DNA of 64,000 nucleotides from Podarcis muralis (lineage: Eukaryota), in contig NC_135673.1 of the NCBI RefSeq assembly GCF_964188315.1, positions 18,352,001-18,416,000 on the forward strand, in the 5' to 3' direction. The notes beneath the pieces were generated by a model. The model was not told the origin of the DNA. It made no database searches and saw nothing but the letters and a program-made list of their open reading frames with translations. Of the stretch, positions 21,661 to 35,760 are shown in pieces (position 1 is the stretch's first letter; each line of letters begins with the position of its first letter). The translations under genes and the position numbers were made by a program.

Positions 21661-22859
21661 AATAGGAACACAATAAACTGCATTCTACTGAGTCATCCCT
21701 TTGCAGTCCACCTAGCTTAGTACTGTCTGCTGTGATTGGCAGGGCTGCCCAGAGTTTCAGGCAGGGAGTCTTTCCCAGCCTTTCCTGGAGTGGTCAGGGA
21801 TTGAACCTGAGACAGGTATCTGCACACCAATGAGATGATCCACCAATGAGCTCCAGGCAGTGCCTTCCACAATTTCCCCACCCGGTAGAGCAACTTTCAA
21901 AGCCTGACAAAGTTGCAAGTTCACCTCTCTTCACGCTTGTAAAATGCATGTTGCTGGGTTTAACCTGGGAAGTTTCTGGGTTAGTGAGGAGAAAATGGTG
22001 TTTTTATAAACTGTGTTCCAGTAGATAAGATGAGCAGACAACAAGGACCTTTTATAATGTAAGGCTGCAGATCTAGCTTGCTTTCACCCAGGCACCAGAG
22101 TTGTTAAAAGTCCATCCGCCAGGGATATTTGAGCTTCATTCTGTATAACTACAAACTAAAGGAGGAATATCTGGCTTGCTCCAGGTCAAATAAATAACCA
22201 CATATGATTCGGAATGGGGATGCAGATTTCTTGTGCTTAATGCAGCACAAGCCTTCAGCGGCCTTCAATTTCAGCATATAATTTCAGGGTCTATGGATTA
22301 GTTTGTTTAATACCCTATTTTTTCCATTCAAAGGAGAGTTGCTGCTGGATTTCTGCAGCAGATATTTTAATGCACGAGGTAAGCCTGGCAACAGGTTCTC
22401 CAGACCCAGATTGAAGAACTTTTCTGCCAAGCAGCAGCTTTGTAGAGTTTGCACTTGTAAGATTAAAAAAATACCAGGGTTTGTTTTAGGGTTTTAGGGT
22501 TTGTGCATTTTTTATAATGACCCATATACGTGCAGAGTGGAAGCAGCCAGGTACACTTGCCCCAGGCCTTGGCGGGCTAAGTTGGCCAGGGGCATCACTA
22601 GGGGCCTGCCAGACTTATGATGTCATGCCAGCAGGGCTTGGGTAAGAATGAGGCAGATGCTCAGAGAGCAAGTCAGTTGCTCTCACAGTGGATTCGTGCT
22701 CATGGGCAAGACCAGTGTGACCAGGACAACTTCAACGACTGCACCCAAGAACGATCCACAACAAGGGACTAATCATGAAGAGTCTACTGAACAACCGGAG
22801 CCATTTGAGAGACCTGATTCTGGTAATTATGGGTGCGTTGATGAAAGCGATATAGGGGA

Positions 22860-24076
22860 GATTCTCACCTGTATTCTTCAAGATATGCATCTTCTTGCAG
22901 AGCGCAGTCAGACAGGAACGAAGAATGCAATTATTGTTTTCAGCTATATGACAAATAGAATTCAAAATGAGTTGATTGCAGCATATGTGGAAAAGGTGGT
23001 GAGCATATTGCAAAAGGATTTGGAGATTTCTACTACTACTATAGCGTCATAGTTGATGGTATACCTGATTGTTGTCACAAGGAGAAGCATATGTTTTGGC
23101 TTCATTTTGTGGTGAAGATCAAGGAGCAGTGAGGAGTTGTCGAGTGTTTTCTGTGCATGGAAGACTGTAGCAATAAGACTGCTGAAGCTATTGCTAGTCC
23201 AGGGCATGGACTTTTCCACATGCCCTGGCCAGATATTGTTGCAACCATATTATGAAGCTCATAAAGGTGATCAAGACAGAAGGACTGTTTTTGGGGGACA
23301 GGGAGCGGGCTAGTGTGGAGGACTCCCTGGTCCTGAATAGGGTAACTGTGCCCCTGAAGGACCAGGTGCGCAGCCTGGGAGTCATTTTGGACTCACAGCT
23401 GTCCATGGAGGCGCAGGTCAATTCTGTATCCAGGGCAGCTGTCTACCAACTCCACCTGGTACGCAGGCTGAGACCCTACCTGCCCGCGGACTGTCTCGCC
23501 AGAGTGGTGCATGCTCTAGTTATCTCCCACTTGGACTACTGCAATGCGCTCTACGTGGGGCTACCTTTGAAGGTGTCTCGGAAACTACAACTAATCCAGA
23601 ATGCGGCAGCTAGACTGGTGACTAGGGGCGGCCGCCGAGACCACATAACACTGGTCTTGAAAGATCTACATTGCCTCCCAGTACGTTTCCGAGCACAATT
23701 CAAAGTGCTGGTGTTGACCTTTAAAGCCCTAAACGGCCTCGGCCCAGTATACCTGAAGGAGCGTCTCCACCCCCATTGTTCTGCCCGGACACTGAGATCC
23801 AGCGCCGAGGGCCTTCTGGCGGTTCCCTCATTGCGAGAAGCAATGCTACAGGGAACCAGGCAGAGGGCCTTCTTGGTAGTGGCACCTGCCCTGTGGAACG
23901 CCCTCCCATCAGATGTCAAAGTGATAAACAATTACCTGACATTCAGAAGACATCTTAAGGCAGCGCTGTTCAGGGAAGTTTTTAATGTGTGATATTTTAG
24001 TGTATTTTTGGTTTCTATGGAAGCCGCCCAGAGTGGCTGGGGAAACCCAGCCAGATGGGCGGGGTACAAATAATAA

Positions 24077-24122
<46 letters not shown>

Positions 24123-24600
24123 GCACGAATTGTTCAGAAAGTGCCCAAAGCTTTCTTTTCAAATTTTGTAATGCGCTTAATTTTTCAGTATGCCATGATG
24201 CACAGACCAGTATCTAAACGAAGTTTTTTAACTGTGTGCGAAATACATATATTTTTTTCCACTTGCAGTCCACCACTCTGAAAAATACTGAAGCAAGTCC
24301 TCAGCACATCACTACATTCAGCAAGCGCAACTCATTGGAGTGCATACATCAATGCTATGTGACCAGTGTATGAAAAGCCAGCAAATATAACTTGAAAAGA
24401 TAACTTCATTTACCAAACTCTCAACTGGAGAGCCTGTTACTTCCCTGAGTGACAATGTCTTGAAAAGATCTATCTAGTGATGTGTATCAGATGACACATA
24501 AGGACAGGAAAACTTCCCACAGATTTGGTCATTCTTGAACTTGCTCCAGTGAGTCATTCAAAGTGGTTAGGAACAGCAAACAGGCTTGGTCGCATATGGG
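22860..24600 (+). pseudogene. Degenerate hAT (Tip100/ZMYM-like) transposase remnant, interrupted by L2
   Basis: SYMTNRIQNELIAA, YYSVIVDGIPDCCHKE, ECFLCMEDCSNKTAEAIA, KGDQ|ARIVQKVPKAFF and SLHSASATHWSAYINAM resemble hAT catalytic-core blocks; stops and frameshifts present. Confidence 0.7.
23272..24122 (+). mobile_element. L2 LINE 3' fragment (RT C-terminus, 3'UTR, (TTA)n tail)
   Basis: ORF 23252-23992: LGVILDSQLSM...LVISHLDYCNALYVGLP...LQLIQNAAARLV; about 45-nt (TTA)n tail. Confidence 0.92.
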
Positions 24601-27085
24601 TTTCAAAGCATGACCTTAAAGGCAAAACCCTCCACAACTTAAGACTGATAGAGGAATACATCTTTTGTGTGTACTACCAATGCTGGTTCAACATCAAAGT
24701 AAAATACTCCTGGGATGGAATGCCCACATCTTGTTTCAGGTGCAGTGAGTTAGGCTGCAAAAGAAGGTTATAGTGGGTGCTGTTTTGCCACCCATCCAGC
24801 GCTCAGCATGGTATGCATTCAGGAAGATGATAATTCAGACACTCTTGTGCTCAGATGACAGTGAGGAGAGCTGGTGTCCGAAAGATGATTGACTTGAGGG
24901 GTGGAGATCATGACACTCTGGGAGATCTTTCTGTAAATCTTAGAAATATATCTTTCACAAATCCCAAGTGTTTTGTCCCTGTTGGAACTGATAGATGAAC
25001 CAATGCAAGACTTGATTAAACTTGTTTAAGTTTCTTATTAGCTGATGTCATTACCTTGTAATTAGAAAACATTAGAAAGTAATGTTGTATGTTTAGTAGG
25101 ATATGCTTTATGTAGAGAAACTAAAAATTTTATAGGATTACCAGGCACTTTCAGAAGTTAAACTTAAAATTCTTTGGTTTTCTGAGAGCAGTTTATGTGC
25201 TTTTTAATGAAATGTGGATTGAGCAAGCTAAATGTTGTCCAATCATAAAAATAATAGCAGATTTTAATTCCCCAGACCCAAAAACATATTTTTAAGACCC
25301 CTCACTGAAGAAATTTGGAAAAATTAACTTTCAGTCCTTAAAATGACATGCCCTAAATTGTGGTGGGCCTCTTGCGGCGTCTTGAATTGTGATGCTTATG
25401 TAAACTGATAAAAACACGCAATAAAATTACTAAAAGGGGGTAGGGTGGGGTTGCATAAGCAATCATTTTATCCCAGAAAGCTGCTGTTGCTCTGGGGGAG
25501 ACCAGAGGCCACCTTCACACCATACTTTAGTATGCTATTATACCACTTTAAACAGTCATAGCTTCACCCAAAGAATCCTGGGAGCTATAGTTAAGGGTGC
25601 TGAGAGTTGTTAGAAGACCACCTGTCTCCCTCACAGACCTGCATTTCCCAGTGTGTGTGGAATAGGGGCCTCCTAATAACTCTCATACTCTTAAACTATA
25701 GTTTAAGTATGATTCTTTGGTGAAAGCCAAGACTGTTAAAATTGGTATCCAGTGCAGTCATAAAATTCTAGGAGCCCCCAAGAGTCCTGGGAGCTGGAGT
25801 TTGTCCAGAGTTGTTAAGAGGACCCCTATTCCCTTCCCTCCCCAAGCTACAATTCCCAGGGTGGTATAGCAGTCCCACATCCTACAGTACTTTGGGAAAT
25901 GTAGCTTTGGGAGGGGAATAGCAGACTGTCTTAACTCCCATCACGCTGAACAAACTACAGCTTCTAATTGATCGGTGACGTGGTAATGTTATGTTGTATT
26001 ATTTATGCAAATTGATTTTCTCTGGAGTTAAAGATCTGACTGGGACAAACCTTCTATGCTGAACTCGTATTTTGCACAATTTGTTTATGGTGTTTGTTTG
26101 ATAATGTGTGGTTTGCTATGCCTAATAAAGGATTGACTTTTTTAAAAAAAAAACAACTACAGCTTCCAGAATTCATTAATGGAAGCTGTAACTATTTAAA
26201 GTAGTATCATTGCATTTTAAATGTCTGGTATGAATATGGTCATATCACAAGCAGACAAGAAGAGCTCAGATAGGTTAGCCCAGGACCTGGCTTCTCCCTG
26301 TTTTTTGTACTGGGACTCTAGCAAAAGAATTCCCACCCACCCACCCCCAGTGTTGTTCTGCTTGCAGCAGTTGCCAGCCATCCCTTTTTGGGTTTCTCTT
26401 GAGGGATGAGGTGTTGTCACCACCCAAAGATTTGAGAGTACAGCGGTGGTGTTTATGTTTCATGTGCGGCATGGATCTGATTGTCAAAGCTCCCCAACCG
26501 CCAGGTAAAATTAAAAAAGAAAAAAATGTGTTGATGTTGTAAGATGTGACAAGACTGGTAAAATTGGGGAATTGCCCAAACTAGCAAATTCTAGTTTCTA
26601 GGAGTGAACCATGCTAAGACAGCATTTTGCAAAAGATCTCTGTGCCCTGTCCAGAGGCTATGAGGTTTGTGGCTCTCTTGGAGCTTGTGAAGACCCAGAT
26701 TCAAACCCTGGCATTGCCAGCAAGTTGCTCGGAAGCTGGGGATGGGTGGTAGATAAGTGGCCCCGGGGTCAATCCCTGGAGCATCTCCAGGTGAGACTGG
26801 GAATGTCCCCTGTCTGAATTGCTAGGGAGCTGCTTCCAGCCCTTCTGGACAACACTAAGCTAGACGAACCCAAGGTTGTGACTCTGCATAAGGAGACCAG
26901 GATTCAAATCCCCTACTCAGCCATGAAGCTCACTGGCTGACCTTGGGGCAGTCGCTTGCTTCTTAGCCTATCCTACCTTGTAGGGTGGTTGTTGGGATAA
27001 AATACACTCACTACCTTGACTTTCTTGAAGGAAAGGTGGGGCATATAAACCTAAGGACGAGGCCAAAGAGATAGAGAGAGCACTA

Positions 27086-27091
27086 TTTATT
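27086..27091 (-). terminator. Probable DIPK1B polyadenylation signal
   Basis: tttatt on + (AATAAA on -), about 230 nt after the stop codon. Confidence 0.5.
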
Positions 27092-27316
27092 TACATCAGA
27101 AGCTGTTCATCCAAAACAATTTCCCTTGCTTCACTGACAGTCTGTCCATCCAAAAGGGAGGAGGACCCATTGGTTATTCCACTTGTCCTTTCCCCCCTGG
27201 TGCTAAATCTTCCTGCTTGCGTACTTTTGGGGGTGGGGGGGGGAAGAGCAGAGTGCTCCATGGCCCTCTTCCTATTCTGTGATCCTCTGTGTGCAGTGGT
27301 TTTCGGCATCCCACAC

Positions 27317-28150
<834 letters not shown>

Positions 28151-28260
28151 TCATTTCGTTTAACTTCATCCCTTTTTTCTCTCCTTTTCCCCCCTTTTGC
28201 TTCTAGCCTTTATTACCATTATTAACAACCCTAAAATTGTAGGAGCAGGGTATTACATCA

Positions 28261-28725
<465 letters not shown>

Positions 28726-29209
28726 TCACAGAATGTAGCATTGGAAGGGAAGACACCCCCCCACACACACACACAAAGGGTCACTTAGTCCAACTCCCTG
28801 CATCACAGGATTCACAGCTATGTTGACCAGCTGAAGTCTGTGCCTGTCAATATCAGAAGACAGATTCCAAAAAGGGCGGCCTGAATGATCAGGTGGATGC
28901 AACTCAATGTGTAAAGTGATGCATGCTGGGGCAAAAAAAATCTTGAATCAACACACGCACTCCTGGGGTCGAAATTGGACGTGGCGGACCATGAGCAAGA
29001 ACTTGGTGCCATAGCAGAGAGCTCGATGAAGGTGTTGGGCCAGTTTGGTGGTCATGAAAAATACAAACCAGGCCTAGGGATCATCATGGAAGGAATTGGA
29101 AATAAACTGCCAGTGTCATTGTGCTGTTATACAGATCTAAGTTGCAACTGCGTTTGGAATATTGTGTGCTATTCTGGTTGCCTTGCCCCAAAAAGGATAT
29201 TGTATATTA

Positions 29210-29560
29210 TTATTTTTTTAGAAATCATTTTTATTGGCTTTACAAATACAAAGTACAAATAAACAGAGAATAAAAATGTATATATAAAGATATTCTCTGA
29301 ATCTCAAGACTTCCCCTATCCCCACCATGGGGTATCATTTTAAATAGCTACTACTGCATATTCACCAATACTCCATTTTTTATATCAAATCATATTATCC
29401 ATCATAATTTTTACACTACAAGTGAAATCAAAACCCTGCCTTTGTTTCCATCTGCTTACAGTGGTCTCCTAAATAATTTATAAATTTTTCCCATTCTTTT
29501 ATAAAGTTTTTGTCCTCTCGGTTTCTGAGTTTTCCAATCATTTTTGCCATCTCAGAATAG
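29210..29560 (-). mobile_element. L1/Tx1 LINE 3' fragment
   Basis: PTREEWQTKLMDYSEMAKMIGKLRNREDKNFIKEWEKFINYL...KAGF* followed by an A-rich tail. Confidence 0.75.
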
Positions 29561-30100
29561 TCCATCAGCTTGGTTTGCCATTCTTCTCTAGTAGGGAATT
29601 TGCAAAAAGGATATTGTAGAGTTGGAAAAGGTTTAGAAAATGGCAAGCAAAATGATTAAGTTGATGATGGAGCAGCTCCCCTCTGAGGAAAGGACTTTTC
29701 AATTTTGAGGAGAAAGATAGGCAATAAGATTTAAAAAAATACAAAATTATACATAGCATGGAAAGAGGAATGGGTTTTCTCCTTCCCTCATGGACTCATG
29801 GACATTCAATAACGCTGAATGTTAGGAAGATCCAGGACAGACAAAAAGTCTTTCATGCAGCACACAATTAAGCTTTGGAACTTGTTCCCACAGGAGGCAG
29901 TTGCAGCCAGCAACATGCATGGTTTTAAAAAGAGGATTGGACAAATTCACCAATTTAAATGACCACCTTCCCACCAGCATACAGCAAGACTTAAGCAGCC
30001 TGCCCAGTACTGTAATGTCTCCACCTCATCCCTGCTCCCTGCCAACAACTCGTGCCAACTTCAAAGTCTTTCCATTGCTCTAGCCAACGATGGAAGGTCA

Positions 30101-30256
<156 letters not shown>

Positions 30257-31088
30257 TTAGCTACCATATCCCACCTTTCCTCAAAAGAATGTGAGGTGGT
30301 GTATGTGGCTATGCTTCCCCTGTTTACCCTCCCTGGGATAAGGCTGAGAGACAGTGGCTGGTCCAAGGTCAACCAGTAAGCTTCATGCCCTGGGGTTGGT
30401 GTCCCCTCAAACACTACAGTTCTATGATTATACAGCTCAGTTTCTTCAGCAAAGCAATGCGTTCCCATGTTACTTCCTTCCCTCCTGAACCAGGCAGGAA
30501 AGAGGATGTCATATTTGTCAGGGGAAGGAGAATCTCACATTTATTCACTGCGGCCAAAAGCCCCTCCTGCTCCTTCCCCAGCAGTCTGGGACCATTCCTC
30601 ATTGAACCATCATTAAATCAGAGCTCAGAGAACTCTTCATTAGAAGGCACCACTCTGGGCAAATAGCAGATGGCAAACAGCAGCCATCTGGCCATCGAAG
30701 TTCCTCTGGAGGCTCCTTATCCAGCAGCCAAAAGTTCCAGGCTCATTCGGCTTCAGATCTATTATAGGTCCAAGTCCATGCAGCACCCCAGCTGACAGGG
30801 AACTTTTTCCAATGGAAATGCTATCACAATAGACCTTAAGAGAAGCCTGGCTGCAGCTCCATCAGGCCAATGGCACATCTAGCCCACCATCCTGCTCTCA
30901 CAGGGGCTGACCAGTTGTCCCGAAAGGAAGCCCAGAAGTAGGACCTGAATGCCTAGGACCTGCAATTCCTAGCAACTGATATTCATGCAGTCCTAGAATT
31001 GTAGAGTTGGAAGGAACCCCAAGGGTCATCTAGCCTCCAGCAAAGGAGACCCCACTGCCTTCTGATGTAATATTAACCATAGTAATCA

Positions 31089-31394
<306 letters not shown>

Positions 31395-33243
31395 TCACGT
31401 ACAGTGTCCTGGACCCAGAAAAAACCCTGCTGGCACCACAACAGCTCAGGAGTAAACCCAGAGTTTCATTTTTGCTTTTCCTCTTTCAAAGTCTGCCTGG
31501 ATGCCAGTATGCCAGTCAGCATAGCATATTGGTTAGAGTGTCAGACTGCTAGTACCTGGTAGAGACCAGGGTTCAAATGAGAAAGAGGCTCCCTGTCTGA
31601 AATGTTGGAGAGCTTCTGCCAGTCAGTGTAGACAGTACTAAGTTAGATAGAACAATGAGCCCAGCTTGATAAGAGGGCTGCATCTTATTTAAATTGGCTT
31701 ATTATTTAGAACATGAGGACTAGAGCCTTATTTTTTAGGTAAAAGGCTCAGTGGTAGAGCACCGGCTTTGCCTGCAGAAGGTCCCATGTTCAATTTCCAA
31801 TGGCATCCCTAGGCCATGCTTGGGAAGACTCCTTGAAACCCTGGCGATCCACTGCTGCCAGTCAGTGTAGTCAATACTGAACTAGATAGACCAATGGTCT
31901 GTATTGGTTTAAGGCAGCAGCCTTATTCAATTCACCTTCCTTCAGAACTCTGAGGACTAGAATTTTGCCATGATTGAGGGAGGGAGGGCCATAGCTTCCT
32001 ATGTTCTTGTATTAGAGGACTGTAGCACAGTTAGTTCTTGTGGTCCTAAACAAAGTGTTGAATTAAACAAAGGTCTGAGAGACTAGAGGTTTGAGTTTCC
32101 AGACAGATTTGGGACGCAATGGCTGTTTTTCTTACAAACTCTCCAACTTCAGTAATAATAACAACAACTCTTAACATCTCCACCCCTAGGAAAGGTAACC
32201 ATATTTACGTTTTGAAATCAGGAAAGCTTGCACACTATGTTGTGAAGTTTCTGGTTAGCCTAATACAGATTTTGGATTTATTTTTACAGCTTACCTTTAT
32301 TTTACTTTGTGACTCTTAGGTAGGAACTTGACTGTGCTGAGTTCTTCATGTGAGTTTTGGGACTGGCGGTGGCGAGGGAGGTTGTCAAGCTATCTTGACC
32401 TTCACCAACCTGGAGCCATCCTGATGTTTTGGACTACAACCCCCATCAGCACCAGCCAGAAACACACAAACATCTGGCAAGCAAAGGTTGAGCTTAGATA
32501 TATAAGTTCTGATGGAAGAATTGGCTGGTTCCTCCCCCAGTGGAGAGTCAGCACTCTGAATTGTGGACTTTGCAGTTATGTGATGCACATTTTGCCTCTT
32601 TTGGGGCTTACTGGATGGAAATTCATGCCACTCTCACTGATAAAGGCCATCTCAGTCTTGCAAAGCAAAGGTGAAGTATAATCTTTTCAGCAGCAGGTTG
32701 GGAGTCCTCTATTCCCAGACATTTGGTGGGATAGTTTTTTAATCTTGGCATTGTGCTGACAATTATTCCTGATGTGTTTAGCGAATAGGAGGGCTGCTTT
32801 GGTTTTAACTGTCTGTATCATTTTAAAATTTTGTGTATTTCAATGACAGAGATTCCTTGATTCCTTTCCTGGAAAAGGCATCAAAGAAATTAAACTGACA
32901 AAATATTATACTGAGATGCTCCCAATGCAAACTGATAAGTCTGATTTGGCTCTGGGGCTGTGAACATTTCTTTCCTTACTCGATAAGTACCTCTCTCCTT
33001 TCGACCTGAGAGTTAAAGGGCACCCTTGCCTAACCTTTTCAGGTGGGCAAGAAAGCACGTTGCCATTTGGCTAATTGGAGAATGGAAAGGAATCCCACCA
33101 AGTTTAGTGGGTGTTACTCCCAGGTAAGTATAATAAAAGATTTTGGCCTTTCTCTTTAACCATGACCTGTACCTCTTCAGATGCAGTTCCTAAAACATCT
33201 CAAGAAGGTAGCCACTACTGAGGTTTTCACAATAGGCAAAATA

Positions 33244-33297
33244 TGTTGTTGTTGTTGTTTAGTCGTTTAGTCGTGTTTGACTCTTCGTGACCCCATG
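33244..33297 (-). mobile_element. Bov-B 3' terminal stub
   Basis: (TTG)n then tttagtcgtttagtcgtgtttgactcttcgtgaccccatg. Confidence 0.75.
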
Positions 33298-34518
33298 CGA
33301 AGCTTAATTCATCTGCCTTGTCACTGTTTCATCAGCTTAAAAAAAAAATCCAACACGCTTGATTGACATGGCCCAGATTATCTCGATTTGGTGAGGAGGG
33401 GTGGGGAGAAGTTGCAAAACAGTTTTAAAAAAATGTCCCTTACAATGCAACCCTATATTTGTTTAGTCAAATGTAAATCCCCTTGTATTCAATGGAGCTA
33501 ATCATCCAATGGTATGCAGTCCATCTAGTCCAGCCTCCTGTTCTCACAATGGGCAACCAGATGCCTCCTCTGGGAAACCTGCAAGCAGGATTTGACCATA
33601 AGAGCACCTCTTCCCCTCCTGTGGATTCCAGCAGCCGATATTCAGAAGAATCATTACTGCCTCTAATAATAATAATTGATAGCCCTTTCCTCCATTAATT
33701 TGTCTAATTCTCTTTTAAAGCAATTTAAGTTGGTCACCTTCCTTTCTGTGGGAGTGAGTTCCACAGCACTGGGTGAAGAAGGATTTTCTTTTCCCTACCC
33801 TGAACCTTCCAACATCCAGCTTTGTTGAATGCCCACAAGTTTTAGTGCTATGAGAGAGAGAGGAATTATGCTATGCATAATTTTCTAAACTTCTATCATG
33901 TTGCATCTTAAACTAAAAAGCCCCAACCTTTTGTCTAGGAGAGTTGCTCCATGTCCACTTTCAGTTGCCCTTTTCTGAACCTTTTCCAGCTCCCAGGCCA
34001 GAACTCTACACATTATTCCAAAACTGGTCCCCTCCCCCCATAGGTCCATTGGCCTTTGCACTTGGGAAAGAGATGCCCCCTATTCTAACACGTGCACAGA
34101 CCCTCCGGAAGCAGAGCAGCCTAGCCACAGCCATGCACTATTTCTTACCATCGTCTGCAATGGATGTTGGGAACACTGGAAGCTGCCATCTGCAGGGCCA
34201 GACCCTTGGTCCATCTACTTCAGTACTGTGCACACTGACTGGCATTCACACTTCCCCACACTTCAGGCAAGACATCTTTCCCCAGCCCAACCTGGAGATG
34301 CCATTAGGGATTGAACCTGGGACCTTCTGCATGCCCAGCAGCTGTTCTGCCACTGAGTAGAAATATTTTCAACACTTACTGGCAGCACCTCTCCACCATT
34401 CTGGCAGGAAGTCTCTTTCCTTTGCCGTACTTTAGATATCTGGACACTACTGCCCCTCTCCTGAGAATGGCAGGATTCAAGAGACGTCTCACTGCCATTG
34501 CCAAGCCAGTTTTCATTC

Positions 34519-34520
<2 letters not shown>

Positions 34521-34551
<31 letters not shown>
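34521..34551. repeat. (CA)n microsatellite
   Basis: Direct reading. Confidence 0.95.
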
Positions 34552-34555
<4 letters not shown>

Positions 34556-34989
34556 TTGATTTGAAGGGCACTTTGTGTTTCCCTGCTGCAGCATTTGCCT
34601 GGCATTTGGGCACCAGTGATGTTGCAGTGCAGAATGCCCCCAAACTCTTGGCCTTTTCCAATTGCCAGCTGGCCTGGCTGATTTGCATGGCTGCCTCCAA
34701 ATGGGCCAGATATTATTCTCCAGCACTCAGAGGCATCCCACACTGTCTCTGGCCTTTCCTCAATATCTCCCCCTCCCCCCCCCACACACAAACCAGTCCC
34801 CCAGCTTCATTAAAAATAATAAATACACGTGCTTCGACAGTGAACACACTTCTTTCAGGGGCTTCTGCTTGTAGAAGCGAAAACCCAAAAACCAGAAAAG
34901 GAGGGGGGGTGTACTAGAAAAGCAGATGAACTGGTGCAGGAGTTCTCCACCTGCTTGTGGGGCCAACCAGAGGGGGTCCTCCTTCGCTC

Positions 34990-35760
34990 CCAGAAGGTTC
35001 CTCCTGCTTTTTTTTACCTGCTGCACCAGGTAACGCCCAAGTACCCCTTTGGCGCTTAAGCGGTAAAAGGTCCAGTGGTGAGGAAGAAGCTGCCTTTGAC
35101 ATTGACAAGCTTGTCAATTGCAAGAGGCAAAGGCGCGCGGCGCCCCTGTATACAATCTCCAGCAAGAAGGGCGGCCTTTTTATCGTTATTTTTTGCTCCG
35201 AAGCCTCATCCCATCTTGAGAGATCAATTCTCCGCCCCCGCCCCCACGCAGTACCTGCAAACGGCACTGAGCTTCAGCTCGGAGGCCAGAGAGACACCCC
35301 TTTCCCTTCCATCCTTTCTCTCTCCATCCGCGCCCGCCTTCGCTCTCACCTGCAGCCCCATGGAGAGGGGGCAAAAAAGTACCAGCTGCACAACCCTTCT
35401 CATGCTGGGCTCTGGCAGTGCAGGGGGGGTGTCTCTTTTGTTCCAAGCCCCTCCTGGAAAGAAGGGGGGAGGCGCTGCGCTCACGCCAGACTGGACAGGG
35501 CAGGGACTGGGGGGATCGGTGGGTCCAAGGCAGTGGGTCTTCCAGGCTGGCCGAGGTAGGGGCCCCTGCTGCCTCCCCGTTTCTGCCGCATCTTCCTCCT
35601 TCTTCCTCCTCCTCTGGATGATGCTGCGGAGACGCTCCTTAAAGGGGACGCCTGCCCAGGCACATTTCTGCCCGCCGATGGAAAAAGAGACCCGAGGGGG
35701 AGCTTCCCCCCTCCCCTTCTCCTTCCGTCCACAATCGGGTCTCCAGCTTCCGCTTATAAG
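34990..35760. promoter_or_regulatory. CpG island around DIPK1B exon 1
   Basis: CpG-rich, GC-rich stretch. Confidence 0.7.
35350..35403 (-). CDS. DIPK1B: DIPK1B exon 1
   Basis: ATG at 35403; MRRVVQLVLFCPLSMGLQ | GTGAGA; resembles recalled MRRLRRL.HLVLFCP.SK.LQ. The joined CDS is 1287 nt (428 aa). Confidence 0.88.

Larger units (their letters stand above)
20747..26140 (+). ncRNA. Putative SNHG7-like snoRNA host lncRNA. Candidate exons 20747-20791, 20966-20985 (or 21027), 22022-22057, 22334-22378; last exon near 26028-26140
   Basis: Strong donors TG|GTAAGC (20792), AT|GTAAGG (22058), AG|GTAAGC (22379); acceptors ctctttgcAG (20965), gttccAG (22021), ttccattcaaAG (22333); TCT-like CCTTTTC at 20746-20752; AATAAA 26124-26129; no long ORF; contains SNORA17; tail-to-tail with DIPK1B as human SNHG7 is. 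Exon structure is inferred. Confidence 0.5.

Noticed and set aside
22070-22204. Possible second H/ACA snoRNA (AAAGGA ... ACAtat) in the short intron 22058-22333
   Set aside because: The H-to-ACA distance is only about 40 nt, too short for a second guide hairpin, and there is no SNORA43-like sequence.
22484-22500. TTTTAGGG x2 telomere-like motif
   Set aside because: Only two units and not a TTAGGG array; chance.
23252-23992. 246-aa ORF as a host gene
   Set aside because: L2 reverse-transcriptase C-terminal fragment; its N-terminal residues come from flanking hAT DNA.
24820-24900. Possible C/D snoRNA (ATGATA...TTGA)
   Set aside because: No canonical RUGAUGA or CUGA boxes and no terminal stem; lies within or next to the hAT remnant.
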